Assembly (NCBI GenBank): GCA_026770705.1
Contig: JANJGN010000012.1
Coordinates: 108,624,001-108,688,000 of the forward strand
Reading direction: 5' to 3'
DNA: 64,000 bases
Source of the DNA: Isurus oxyrinchus
Lineage: Eukaryota
Positions 37,658 through 50,424 of the stretch are shown here, piece after piece; position 1 is the stretch's first letter, and each line of letters starts with the position of its first letter. A program made the translations under genes and the position numbers. Under the pieces are notes generated by a model, which did no database searches, was not told the origin of the DNA, and saw only the letters and a program-made list of their open reading frames with translations.

Positions 37658-38926
37658 GGGTGGAATCATCCCAGATTTGCACTAAGTGTGGTATCGAGCG
37701 GGTAAAATGGTGTTTTACCCGCTGGCCGCATTGGCGGGATTTCATGCAATATCATCCAATACCTGATGCATTAGTTATGCTTTCCGAGGAAACAAGTCAT
37801 TTCCATGGTGGCTGGGTTCTCATTCGCCCACCACACCATCACCTCAGTGCTTCAACACAACAGGCGTCATCTATAAAGTCCAGCCGGGTGCACACATCTC
37901 AGTGCTTCCAGCCCACACCTGCTGCAGGGTGGATGTCCACAAAAGGCAAAAAGACTGCAGCCCCCAGGTTTAGTGGCACATCACTGGAGAGCCTTTTGGA
38001 TGCAGTGGAGGCCCGCTGCACTGTCCTCTACACCTGCTCTGGCCGCAGGATGGGCCGCGGAGTGACCAACCAGGCTTGATAGACAATGGCAGTAGTGATC
38101 AGTGCCAATGCTGCACAGAAGAGGTTAGTCATCCAATGCAGAAAGAGGATCAATGATCTCATTGTGCAGCCAGGGTACGGCAACCATCTTAGCACTCTTA
38201 ACTCACACACTCAAGCCCATCACACATTCACTGGCATCTTACTCACTACCAGCACAAGGGATATTCTCACACACATACCGTCACATGTCCATCTGGCCCC
38301 ATCCTCTCTGGAGACTGCCTCCTCAGCCCTCACCATCTTGAGGCCACTTGCACAGATCAACATGTGGCCCCACACACACACCCTGGGATTCCCTCCTTCC
38401 CTGGTACAGCTCTCATCTTGCAGCCTCTTCCCTTGCCTGAGGCCACTTCTCTCCCTTCGCCAAGCAAGCCCTAGCCCTGCAGCCATTGAAAAACCACCCA
38501 CATATGGCTGATCTGGTAGATAAAGACCTTCCGTGAGCCCCCCTAAAAGTAATGTGATGCTGTCTGTGAAGCCTGGCGCTGATGGATGCGAGTGCTGACC
38601 GAAGCAAGGTAAGGCAAACAAACCTTGAAGTCCCGAACGCAGTGCAGCCCACCAGGTGCACATTGCTTATGTGCTGTTGTGAAAAACGTCAGCATATTTG
38701 GATGAACCAGCAGGGGGGATTATTCCGGTGGGCAGGCCTAATAATGTAATGCTGATGTATTATAATGAAGTTTCTGACATCCAATGGCGGAGTTCACAGA
38801 CCACCATTGTTGGGCTGTGCGGACAATCGTGAACTGGTTTCACACCATCGTGAAAACGATCGCACCATATCATCTGCTCAAGTCACCGAACAAGCCCAAT
38901 GCTGGTGGGCACGGAAAATCCCGGCC
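37658..38926 (+). mobile_element. Non-autonomous Harbinger carrying only the Myb/SANT exon
   Basis: Ends gggtggaatcatcc / ggaaaatcccggcc; MSTKGKKTAAPRFSGTSLESLLDAVEAR..SANAAQKRLVIQCRKRINDL. Confidence 0.8.
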
Positions 38927-39039
38927 AATGTTCAAAATTCCATTCAAATTACAGAGCACAAGGGCCCTCTTGTGGGTGCTATTATACTCCTCCCTCCTAA
39001 AAAGAAAAAGTTACGTAATACACAAAATTATATAAGATA

Positions 39040-39516
39040 GGAGTAGAGTGAGAGAAAGAAGTCTGAAGTTGAACCAGCCTGTTAAGGTAAATGAATATCA
39101 TCATAGTGGTTGAAGTGGCTACCAGGAAGAGTCATGAAAGTAGTTTGTCAGTATGTTTGGTAGCGGAAAGGTTAGGTTTGTACTTATAGATCATGTTTCA
39201 CCTTCAGAGGTTCATGAAGAAGAGGGGAGTTAGGAAAAATCAGATATGTCCAATGGTTTGGATAGTTGGGATTTGGAGTAGCTAGTATTCTACTCAACAC
39301 ATGGTGCACCTGAAACCAGTTCAGATCCTCTCAATGTCAGACAGACATATCTGATGAAGATGCAATTTCAATTGAAAGTTAAAGGCAAGGTCAGTCCTTG
39401 TTGGAGAAAACTCTGACCCAAATGGGTCAAGGTCCTTCCCCAAGTTCAGGAGTTTTGGGTCAAGAAAGGAGATACATTATTAAGAAAAAGAAACCTGTGG
39501 TTAAGTTTGATTTGTA
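39040..39516 (+). pseudogene. Gypsy integrase C-terminal remnant
   Basis: KWLPGRVMKV..RFVLIDHV and terminal RRY..KPVVKFDL*. Confidence 0.55.
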
Positions 39517-39576
39517 AACAAATGAAAATAAGAAATAGTGTAACAGCACCCCCCCTTGTGGCCTTATGTGCATTTG

Positions 39577-42312
39577 TTTTATTCATCCATGGGATATGAG
39601 CATCGCTGGTGAAGCCAGCATTTATTGCACATCCCTATTTGCCCATGACGAGATGGTGGTGCTCTGCCTTCTTGAACAGCTGCAGTCCATGTGGTGTGAG
39701 TGCTGTTAAGGGTGGGAATTCCAGGATTTTTACCCAGCAACAGTGAAGGAACGGCGATGCATTTCCAAGTTAGGATGCTGAGTGGCTTGGAAGGGAACTT
39801 CCAGATAGTGGTGTACCCATGTGTCTGCTGCCCTTGTCCTTCTAGACGGTAGCGATTGTGGGTTTGGAAGGTGCTGTCTAAGCAGCCTTGGTGAGTTCCT
39901 GAAGTGCATCTGGTAGATGATACACACTGCTGCCATTGTGCATCGGTGGTAGAGGGAGTGAATGTTTGTGGATGGAGTGCCAATCAAGCTGGCTGCTTTG
40001 TGCTGGATGGTGTCAAGCATCTTGAGTGCTGGAGCTGCACTGTCTAGGCAAGTGGGGAGTAATCTGCCACACTCCTGACTTGTGCCTTGTAGAGGGCAGA
40101 CAGGCTTTGGAGAGTCAGGAGGTGAGTTAATCACCACAGGACTCCTAGCCTCTGACCTGCTCTTGTAGCCACAGTATTTATATGGCTAGTCCAGTTCAGT
40201 TTCTGGTCAATAATAACTCCCAGGATGTTGATAGCGGGGGATTTAGTGATGGTAATGCCATTGAATGTGAAGGGACAAGAGAGTTAGATCCTCTCTTGTT
40301 GGAAATGATCATTGCTAGCACTTTTGTGGCATGAATGTTATTTGCCACTTGTAAGCCCAAGCCTGGATATTGTCCAGGACTTGCTGCATTTGGATATGGA
40401 CTGCTTCAGGATCTGAGGAGTTGCGAATAGTGCTGAACATTGTGCAAACATCCCCACCTCTGATCTTATGGTGGAAGGAAGGTCATTGCTGAAGCAGCTG
40501 AAGATGGTTGGAATTCCTGCAGTGATGTCCTGGAACTGAGATGATTGCCCTCCGACAACCACAACCATCTTCCTTTGTGCTAGGTATGAAACCAACCAGA
40601 TTTCTCCCCAATTTCCATTGACTCCAGTTTTGTTAGGAGTCCTTGATGCCACACTCGGGTCAAATGTTGCCTTGATGTCAACTCACCTCATGTCTGGAGT
40701 TCAGCTCTTTTGTCCATGTTGGAACCAAGGCTGTAATGAGGTCAGGAGCTGAGTAGCCCTGGTGGAGCACAAACTGAGCATCAGTGAGCAGATTGTTAAG
40801 TAATTGCACTTGATAGCACTGTTGATGACCCCCTCCATCACCTTACTGATAATCCAGTGTAGATTGATGGGGTCGTAATTGGCTGGGTTGGGTTTTCCTG
40901 CATTTTGTGTATAGGACATACCTGAGCAATTTTCCATATTCCTGGGTAGATGCCAATGTTGTAGCTGTACTGGAATATCTTGGCTAAGGGCATGGCAAGT
41001 TCTGCAGCAAAAGTCTTCAGTACTACTGCCGGATATTGTCAGGGCCCATAGCCCTTTCTTGATATCGCATGGAGTGAATCGAATTGGCTGAAGACTGGCA
41101 TCTGTGATGCTGGAGACCTGCAGAGGAGGCTGAAATGGATCATTCACTCGGTACTTCTGGCTGAAGATTGTTGCAAATGCTTCAGCCTTATCTTTTGCAC
41201 TGATGTGTTGGGCTCCCCCATCATTGAGGGTGGGGGCAATTGTGGAGCCTCCTGCTCCAGTGAGTTGTTTAATTGTCCACTGCTATGGCATGTGGCAGAT
41301 TGCGGAGCTTAGAGCTGATCCGCTGATTGTGGAATCGCTTAGCCTGGTCTATCACTTGCTGCTTATGCTGTTTAGCACGCAAGTAGTCCTGTGTTATAGC
41401 TTCACCAGGTTGACACCTCATTTTTTAGATATGCCTGGTGCTGCTCCTGGCATGCCCTCCTGCACTCTTCACTGAACCAGGGTTGATACTCTGGCTTGGT
41501 GGTAATGGTAGAGGGGAAACATGCCAGGCAATGAGATTACAGATTGAATTCGAGTACAATTCTGCTGCTGCTGATGGCCCACGGTGCCTCATGGATGCCC
41601 AGTCTTGAGTTGCTAAATCTGTTCAAAATCTATCCCATTTAGCACGGTAGTGCCACACAACACAATGGAGGGTATCCTCAATGTGAAGACGGTGATCACT
41701 CCTACCGGTACTGTCATAGGCAGATTCATCTGCGGCAGGCTAGTTGGTGAGGATGAGGTCAAGTATGTTTTTCCCTCTTGTTGGTTCTCTCACCACCTGC
41801 CACAGACCCAGTCTAGCAAATATGCCCTTTAGGACTCATCCAGCTCGGTCAGTAGTGATGCTACCGAGTCACTCTTGGTGATGGACATTGAAGTCCTCCA
41901 CCCAAAGTACATTCTGTGTCTTTGCCACCCTCAGTGCTTCCTCCAAGCGGTGTTCAACATGGAGGAGCACTGATTCATCGGCTGAGGGAAGGTGGTAAGT
42001 GGTAATCAGCAGGAGGTTTCCTTGCCCATGTTTGACCTGATGCCATTAGACATCATGGGGTCCGGATTCGATGTTGAGGACTCCCAGGGCAACTCCCTCC
42101 TGACAGTATACAACAGTGCTGCCACCTCTGCTGGGTCTGTCCTGCCAGTGGGCAGTGGTTTCAAGACCCTTATTAGGCTTCTAATTACAGATTTTTATTG
42201 AATTCAAATCCCACAATCTGCTGTGGTGGGATTTGGACCTAGGTCTCCAAAGCATTACCTTGGGTCTCTGGATTACTAGTCCAGAGTCAATACCACTACC
42301 GCACCACCTCCC
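39577..42312 (-). mobile_element. HER1-like LINE with tRNA-derived head, inserted in an LTR
   Basis: Same family as 5121-9515 and 27404-30284; head at ~42170-42312. Confidence 0.88.
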
Positions 42313-42489
42313 TGTATGAAAATAAGCAAACTGGAATGAACCAGTTCAGTTGGATACTTGAACTCCAAATGCTGCACACAGTCTCATGCTGTTCTTCAAG
42401 ATATCACCCTCTGGCAATGAGGTGGGGTTGTGAACCTTCCATAACTGAACAGATTTGGGTTGGAGAAGCTTCCAGCAACCCAACAGAGG

Positions 42490-42530
<41 letters not shown>

Positions 42531-43300
42531 GTTTTTTTGTTGAGAAATCAGCTTAAAATACAGGTTTTACAAGAAAGGGTGCTTGGACATGTGGGTGGAC
42601 TGAGCTTCTAAGATGGCTGCATCAATAAGTATTATTGAGCATCTGGGACAGTACAGCCGTGACTGACTGGCTTTCAGTGGGCATATGGAGTGTCTTGAGA
42701 TATTTTTCACTCCTAATATTATCCTCGAAAATCCTGCTGTTAATCAGGCAGTGGGATAAAGGAAAGGCGTGATATTTTTGATGGAAGCAGGCCCAGAAGT
42801 ATATGAAATGCTCAAGAATTTGCTTGTCCCGCTAAGCCAAAAGACAAGCTGCTGCCTGACATTTTAAGCAAGCTTGAGCAGCACTACAGTCTCAAATCAC
42901 TGGAGATTGCTGAAAGCTTTTTGGTTTGGAACAGTCAGTTGCCATTGGGGAGATTGGAGTGTTTATCATGGTTTTGAGAAAGTCTTCCATACATTGTAAT
43001 TTTGGAAAATGTCAGGAGCGAGAAATGGGACTCAGATTAGTGTGTGGCTTAAAGAGTTAATACATTTGCAGTAAGTTGCTGGCATTGCCAAAGTTAATTT
43101 TCGACATTGCTTGCCAAGCAGCATTGTCCATGGACATGGCGGTATGTCACTCAAGAGAAGTCAGAGTTAACAACTGTCAGTCGTCTGCTAATGTAAATAA
43201 GCTGCAGCTGAGTAAGCCAAAGGCCCCAACAATGGCAGTTAGTAGTAGCTGTGGTATTACAAAGTCCTTTTACTATTGCTATTGCAAGTTGATTTAATAA
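42313..43300 (+). mobile_element. Gypsy LTR end, PBS and gag remnant
   Basis: LTR end ~42411, PBS-like tggcaatgag, ATG 42612; PAKPKDK..LSKLEQHYS..EIAESF..HCNFG..RLVCGL..KLLALPKLIFDIACQAALSMDMA. Confidence 0.75.
42494..42526. repeat. (TG)n microsatellite
   Basis: About 16 uninterrupted TG units. Confidence 0.95.
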
Positions 43301-43844
43301 TGGGCAGATAATCTCCTCTGGCAGTTTACTGCCAAAACGATGAAATTGAAAATTACCCACTACGAGCTCAAAGCAAAGGACAGTGTACGATTTGATCCAT
43401 GGCATGGGATCCATCTATGTTACTAGTTCTGCCTCTCCTGAACTTTCCTTTTACTTTTAAGCTACAAAGTTGAAAGAATTTGGTGCAGTGACTCAGTGAG
43501 AGGTTTGTGGTTGAAGTTATTGCAGCAACTGAATGCTTTTAAACAAATCTCGAACAAGATGCCAACCTCCAACAAGGCATTGTATAACAGCAAGCTGGAT
43601 ATTAAAAGCAAAAGAAAATGAACGCTAAACAAAATGTAAACAGATGAAACGGGAGAATAACATCCAACTTAACACTGATGAAAAGGGGTTTGGTTTCACA
43701 ACGATGCTGCATTGCAGTGCAAATGGAACTTCAAGCCATCCTGTGACTGTTAGACCTAACCTGACATTGGGCAGAAGAGGACAGTGACTCTTCCTGCAGG
43801 AGATAATCAAGATCAATTGATCAATTTTACTGTGGAATCAGTTC

Positions 43845-44265
43845 TGGCTAATATCACCACCATCAACAACCCTTTCTCCTTTTGTCTATGACATCTTTGG
43901 CAATCTCTTCTTTGCCTCCACCTATCACTGGCCCTCTATCCAGCTCTACCTGCCCCACACCGCTCAACCAACTTATATTTCACCTCATTTCTATATTTCA
44001 TTAGTTCTGAAGAAGAGTCATACGGACTCCAAACGTTAACTATATTCCTCTCTGCAGATGCTGAGTTTTTCTAGCTATTTTTGTTTTTGTTTCACATACA
44101 ATAAGTATCTTTAAAATTGCAGCCACTATTGTTATATAAGCAAACACAGCAGACACCAAGACATCAGGAGAACTCCTAAACAAAAACAAAAATACCTGGA
44201 AAAACTCAGCAGGTCTGGCAGAATCTGTGGAGAGGAGCACAGTTAATGTTTCGAGTTCAAAGAGA
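43845..44265. mobile_element. Penelope pLTR-derived units (forward copy with hammerhead motif plus inverted tail)
   Basis: agttCTGAAGAagagtcatacggactcCAAACGTTaact at 44003-44041; inverted copy at 44180-44265. Confidence 0.65.
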
Positions 44266-44735
44266 ACTCCTTGTTGTTTAAGTAGCACAATAGGATCTTT
44301 AACTTGCACCTGAATAGGCAGAGAGGGCTTTAGTTCAACATCTCATCTTTGACCATGCCACATTCCTTTTGTATCTTCAGATCTAAATCCCCTGGGGCAG
44401 TGCTGCACTACCAGATTTTGGTTGAGACATTAAACCAAGGCTCTGTCTGACCTCTCAGGTGATTGTAAAAGATCCTGTGGCACTATTTCAAAGAAGAAAG
44501 GGGCATTTATTCCCAGTGTCCTAGCGAACATTTATCCCTCAATCAACTTCACAAACAGCTTCATTGGCTGTAAAATGCTTTGAGATGTCCAGTGGTCATG
44601 AAAGCCACTATATAAATTTAAGATTTTCTCTGATCTGCCAGCCTAGATTATTTGCTCAAATCTTGGAGCAGTGTTTGAATCATCAACCTTCTAATGCGGA
44701 GATAAGAGTGCTACTAACTGAGACAATTGACTCCT
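44264..44735. repeat. Deu-domain SINEs (SacSINE1-like): plus copy 44395-44620 nested in a minus copy
   Basis: gagacattaaaccaaggc..aaaagatcctgtggcactatttcaaagaaga..tttatccctcaatcaac and tail ttcattggctgtaaaatgctttgagatgtcc. Confidence 0.7.
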
Positions 44736-44821
44736 AATAGCATTAAAACCCCTTGATAACTATGACTATGTAATTTCCTCCTGCCTACAATCAGCCTTGC
44801 ATTCAAGTTATTGGAACTTAC

Positions 44822-44965
44822 ATGTTGTCACTTTTCCTTCAACAGTTGTACTGTTGCCATTTGGATAGACTGCAAGCACTTTGACGTTGTATTCTAGGCC
44901 ATTCTGCAGGTTCTTAATGACTACTGAATCTGCATCCTCTCCTGTCATTACTTCCATGGCTTGAG
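44822..44965 (-). CDS. COL14A1: FACIT collagen exon, FN3 second half
   Basis: Acceptor ttttgtgtacag, donor GTAAGT; 144 nt. Encodes AQAMEVMTGEDADSVVIKNLQNGLEYNVKVLAVYPNGNSTTVEGKVTT. Confidence 0.88.
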
Positions 44966-45639
44966 CTGTACACAAAAGAAAGCCTGCAATTCTTCTCATG
45001 TTCAATAAACAGAAAAAGCAAGACTAGAATGGGTTAATAAATTTGGCAGGTCTTTACACATAAGTCACACTGCTTATTAAAGAGGATAATTAAAAATCTT
45101 AATTAAACCAAGAGTTAGATAACCATTGAAATCTGACCGTAAGCACAGTGCAGGATCATTAAGACTTGGAACAGCCTCTTGTTTTGAAATCAAAATACTC
45201 TTGACAATTCAAATGGATGATTTTCAAGCCTGTCCCTTCTTTATATGGGACATAATTTTGAGTCATATGGATAGGCACTTGATTATATGTTTCAATTATC
45301 CATATTAGCAGAGTGACAGAGGAGAAGGGGTTGGAATTTTTACCATGTATACAAGAGTATTTTCTGAACCAATATGTAAGACGGCCAACAAGGATAGATG
45401 CACAACTAGACCTAGTAACAGAAAATAAACCAGAGCAGACTAGAGAACTAAGTGTTGGAGAACATCTAGGGACTGCCCACATCTGCTAATGTGGATAATT
45501 GAAATATATAGTCGTGACTGTCTATAGTTGTTGTTGTGTCCTCATGCAAAAGGATTTAGGTTTTCAGGTTACCAACTCACTAACAAGCTGATGCACACAA
45601 ATAAAAATATAATCAAATTGGCTAAAGAGTGATAATCTT

Positions 45640-46372
45640 TATCCCATGGGAGCTGGAATAAGGTATGCTTCAATTATATAGAGCATTGATCGGACTGCAT
45701 CTGGAGTACTGCATTCAGGAAGGATATGCTGGCCTTTGCTATGTTACAATTAGGATTCACTAGAATGATACAGAGGAAACCAGAGCTGAACCATGAGGAC
45801 AGGTTACATAAAATTGTCTTGTATCTAGAAGGTTTAGAAGTTTGACGGGTCATCTAACTGAGGTGTTTGAAATGTTAAGTATTTGATGGATTACATAGAA
45901 AGAAGCTGTTTCCTCTGTTGGGGAATGCAGGACAAGGAGACAATGATAAAATTAAAGCTAGGTCATTTAGGAACACATCAAAGAAACAGTTTTTTCTGAC
46001 AAGGGTAATAGATATCTGGAATTCTCTCATATAAGAGACTGTGGATGCTGGGTCAACTGAAATTTTGAAGATCTAAATCTTCAGAAAGCTTTAAGAGTAT
46101 CAAGGGTGACTAGTTCCAAAGAAGAATCCTATCGTTAATCTTTCTTTTGTTTCTCACTCCACTGATGTTGCTGGACCCACTGAGTTTTCCAACACTTTTG
46201 TTTTTATTTCAGATTTCCAGCATCCAAGGTATTTTGCTTTTATTATATAAAACCATTAAGGATTATTGATCAGAGGGTGAGTATTTGAAGTAGAAACAAG
46301 ATTGGCCATGATCGAACTCAATGGTAGAATGGGTTTGAGGACAGCATGGCCTACTCCTGTTTCTATGCTTCT
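45640..46372 (+). mobile_element. Old CR1 3' fragment
   Basis: LQLYRALIGLHLEYCIQ and CR1 3' UTR ending ggcctactcctgtttctatg. Confidence 0.75.
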
Positions 46373-46515
46373 CAGCTTCTATCTGCGAGTTTGATCCATC
46401 TGGATCCAAGGTTTTGTCCACCTCAGGTTTGGCTAATTTCTCTTTTCTTTCTACCTTAACTGGAATATCCCTCTTGACCTCTTTCCAATTTCATTTTTTA
46501 CCTCTTCAGTGAAAA

Positions 46516-47164
46516 GGGCAGGATTTTCCCTACTGGCTTCCAATCCCTACCGTCAGGCTCAAATATAGGCCAGACGCACACACTGTTGGAAACATTCAGT
46601 CAATGTGACTGGGGTGGCCAATTACTGTCCAGAGGACAGGCTCACCATCCAATTAAGGAGGCTGGGTGTGCTCTTGAAGCTGAAAGCAGCAACAGGATGC
46701 CATGGATGTAAGAGAGGGAGAGGGCACTTCCAAATGGAGGTGCCCTTTCTCTACCTCTTTCTAAATTTGAATAAAAGTTGGCTTTTGCAGCCAAAGGGAG
46801 CCCTTTTTCATGACTGCCTGCAGCTGCTGTTGCACCAGGCTGGAGGGAGGGCCTCTAGGCTTAAACCTGGAGCACTGGTTGCCAGGTCTGCAGCCCAGAG
46901 GCTGCCTTCAAAAGAGTTAAACCGGCCTCCTTCACCTTGGCCTAAATAGCCAAGTGGTTATGGTACTGGGTTTGTAACCCCAAGATCAAGAGTTCAAATC
47001 TCACAATGGCAAACTATGAAACAATGTAACTTCATCTGAATAGGAACAGATGGAAACATGTTTTAGCTTGGCCTAAATAGCCAAGTGGTTATGGTACTGG
47101 GTTTGTAACCCCAAGATCAAGAGTTCACCTGTGGAAACCTGGTGGCTGACTGGAAAATCTGACT
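46516..47164. mobile_element. Harbinger MITE containing a tRNA-like insert
   Basis: gggcaggattttcc / ggaaaatctgact termini. Confidence 0.6.
46938..47123 (+). repeat. tRNA-derived short element with directly repeated head
   Basis: A box TAGCCAAGTGG, B box GTTCAAATC; first ~58 nt repeated identically at ~47069-47127; flanked by ttcacct. Confidence 0.65.
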
Positions 47165-47980
47165 AGAATACTAACTATTTTGATATTATTCAATATTTTT
47201 ATTTCACATTTCCCCCTTGCCTTCCTAGTTTTTTTCATCCCTTTCCCAAATGTATCATGTTCCCATTTGTCACCTGCTCCTTTATTTTATACATTCTTCT
47301 ACTTTAGTTTCAATTTAATCCTAATCCCTTTAATTATCCATAACTTCTCATTTGTGAATAGTTTCTTCTTACTTTTTAGTAGAACAATTTTTTTCTAAAC
47401 TCTATTGATCCCTCTTTTAAGTATCGCCCATTGTTGTTCTACTTCTTTGTCTCCCAATATTTTTTTCCAGTTTATTTTTCTTGGCTCCATCTTCATTCTT
47501 TTATAGTTTGCTTTGATCCAGTCTATTACTTTTTCTTTTTTCTATCTGTATCATTGTCAATCATTCCTTAAACCTTATATTGTGACCACTGCTCCCCACA
47601 TGTTCTCCAACACTTACTTCTCTAGTATGCTCTGGTTTATTCTCTATTACTAGGTCTAGCTGTGCATCCATATTTGCCAGCCTTCTTACTTTTGGTCAGA
47701 AAAGAGTCTTGTATACATGGTAAAATTTCCATCCCCTTTTCCCCTGTCACTCCCTTTATAAATAAAAGTTCTTGAGAAGTGAAATCATTCTGAACAGGAT
47801 ATATCAAAGAAACTTAATATTGCTTTTATTCATAGTTTCAGGTAGGCATGCTGTGAGAAGTGAATTTCCAGTCAGGGTTTTCTGACTGAATTAAAGTTTT
47901 GGTCCTAGCCCTGTAATTAAAGGAGAAATCCTAACTCTTGATGGAACTCTTCCACAAATCAAAATGAAATCTACACTTAC

Positions 47981-48103
47981 CAGAAGCTGTCTGATAAATC
48001 ACAGCATATCCCAATGGTTGTGTCTCAGCTTTATCCCATGTGACCCGGAAGTGATTGTACCATATTTCTGAGATATGTAGGTTAGACGGTGGATCAAAAG
48101 GCA
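47981..48103 (-). CDS. COL14A1: FACIT collagen exon, FN3 first half (EIWYN motif)
   Basis: Acceptor tctcctgcag, donor GTAAGT; 123 nt, phase 1->1. Encodes PFDPPSNLHISEIWYNHFRVTWDKAETQPLGYAVIYQTAS, matching the EEWYN/DEWYT FN3 of COL14/COL12. Not in the ORF track. Confidence 0.88.
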
Positions 48104-49032
48104 CTGCAGGAGATAAAACTTAATATAACTGGCATTTATAATTGTTAATGATTATTCAGAAATAAAACTGGGGAAGGGTGATAACCATAAATTTATCAGG
48201 AATGCTGATGTATTGTATATCACAAGGTTTTAACTGGTCGATTTGTAATTAAACACACATTTGTTTTTTTCTTCCAGAATCTCTCCTTGGATACTATCTT
48301 TGATGCTTAAGGTGTCAGATTTTAGCTGTAGCTCTTTCTGTTTTCCCTGATTTTAGTGACTATAATATGAACACCACATTCTGGATCATTCATATAAATA
48401 AGCGGTTGCAGAGAATTATTTTATGGATATTTAACATTTAAATAAATGGCAACAGTTCCCTCACTGATACAGTCATAGAGATTTGCTGACTCAGTTTGTT
48501 CTGATTTCAGTGGAGACTCAAGTTTGGAACTTTACTGTGGGGCACCAATATATTCACCGTAAATTTCTTTCTCTGCTATTTTCACTGAGGGGCTAATCTA
48601 TTGAAAATAGATACATGAATGCTTCCAAAGAGAGGGATTTCAGACAAATCTGCCAGGCGTTCCTATGTTAGTGTTCCACAGTGTATTTTCAGGTCATCCA
48701 TGTTCTGTGAATCTTAGGAACCTCTGCCTGATTTATCCTTTCTTCTTCTACCTGATATCTGATGAAGAATGGCACCTGATGAATAAGTGTGAGCACCAAA
48801 CCCAGCGCTGAAGTATAAAAGCGTTTTGTAAGAATGTGATTGTTTCAGAATCAGCAAAAGGGTTTTGAAAATAGATGAAATGTGGATTTAACAAAACACC
48901 ATGAAAAACAGAAATTGTACCTTTGTTAGCTATTTTCTGCAAAATGGTTCTCAAATCCCTTATCTCGATAATTAATTATTTTATTGTGAAAGAAATGATC
49001 AACAGCTTGCCATATAAATTACATGCCACAGC

Positions 49033-49575
49033 ACATAAGAACATGAGAACATAAGAAATAAGAACATGAGTAGACCATTCAGCCCCACGAGCCTGCTCCG
49101 CCATTCAATAAGATCATGGCTGATCTTCTTGTGTTTCGACTTCCACATTTCCATCTAACCCCGATAACCTTTGATTCCCTTGCCTAACAAGAATCTATCT
49201 ACCTCTGCCTTAAAAATATTCAATGACCCCACCTCTGCCACCTTCTGAGGCAGTTGCACAACCCTCAGAGAAAAAAATTTCTCCTCACAGAATTGATAGA
49301 GTGTAGAAGGAGGCTATCCAGCCCACCGTGTTTGCACCGGTTCTCTGAGCATTTTAACTTAGTACCAATCTCCTGCCTTTTCCCCATAACTCTGCACGTT
49401 GGATGATTATCTAAACAGAAACAATGACCTCTTGAATGCCTCAATTGAATCTGCTTCCACCATACTTCCAGGCAGTGCATTCCAAAACCTAACTATTCGC
49501 TGTGTGAAAATGTTTTTTCTCACCTCATATCTGTCCTAAAAGGGTGATCCCTAATTTTAAAACAGTGCCGCTATA
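49033..49575 (-). mobile_element. Nested CR1 3' UTR fragments
   Basis: (ataagaac)n tail, ccattcagccc..gatcatggctgatct motif. Confidence 0.8.
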
Positions 49576-49598
49576 TTCTTGTTTATTGTGAAATCATT

Positions 49599-50243
49599 GG
49601 GTGGAAATTAACACCTTGGCTCGCGGTTGGGGGAAGCATTTAATCGAGTGGCAGGGTGGTGTGTGCAGACTATGGAACCGTCCTGTCTCCATCCCGAATA
49701 ATGTGGATGGCTATTCCATCCTGTCACTAACTGAGGCCCTTAAATGGACAATTAATGTCCACTTAAGAGCTTCATTGTACTGCCGCTGGTATTAAGCCAC
49801 GTTGGGCAGGAAACATGCCATGTGGGGAGCATGACAACCTAACCCCATCAGGGGTTGCTTGTGGCTCCCCAGGGAGATCTCCTCGTTGAAAGGCACTCAT
49901 CACTCAGCTTCCTGCAGATCCCCCTGCTCTCCACCCCCAGCCTTGCAGCCCCAAGCCCACAAATCCCATCCCAACATCACTCACCTGTGGCCTGGAATCC
50001 AGGGACAATCCTAGGCCTTGGATGGGTGTCATACCAGCAACAGCCACCTCCTTTCGAGCTGCTCTCAGCAGGCAGGACTTCCGCCCCCGGAGTCTTTGCT
50101 CTCGGAGAAGGCCTGCTACAGTCCTGCTAAGTGCCTGAGTGGCACTTAATTCTGTGGGCCTTCCTGAGAAGAGGCGATGCAGGGCTCTCGCCACCTCTCC
50201 AGCTGCTGGGTGAGACCCCCGTCGCATCCATTATTTACCACCC
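49599..50243. mobile_element. Harbinger MITE ~50 bp from a collagen donor site
   Basis: TIR gggtggaaatta / tatttaccaccc; TSD ATT. Confidence 0.75.
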
Positions 50244-50297
50244 ATTGTGTCCAAATGAGAGGACTGATGAAATGCAACTTGACGTCATTATACTTAC

Positions 50298-50424
50298 ACG
50301 TTTTTCCCTCTCCGGATATACTGGTCTCATCACCTGAAGTATAGACAGCAGCAACGGTCACCTCATACACAGTGTCAGAAGTTAGTGGCTGTATTATTAT
50401 GTTGTTTCTCTTAACCGGTACGAT
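50298..50424 (-). CDS. COL14A1: FACIT collagen exon, FN3 second half
   Basis: Acceptor ttttctaatattccag, donor GTAAGT; 127 nt, phase 0->1. Encodes IVPVKRNNIIIQPLTSDTVYEVTVAAVYTSGDETSISGEGKT. Confidence 0.88.

Noticed and set aside
43460-43640. Possible Tigger/pogo transposase C-terminal remnant
   Set aside because: Only a weak KKMNAKQ-like motif; no TIRs or catalytic motifs visible.
46938-47010. Genuine tRNA gene
   Set aside because: Poor anticodon stem, no acceptor-stem pairing, duplicated head, and located inside a MITE.
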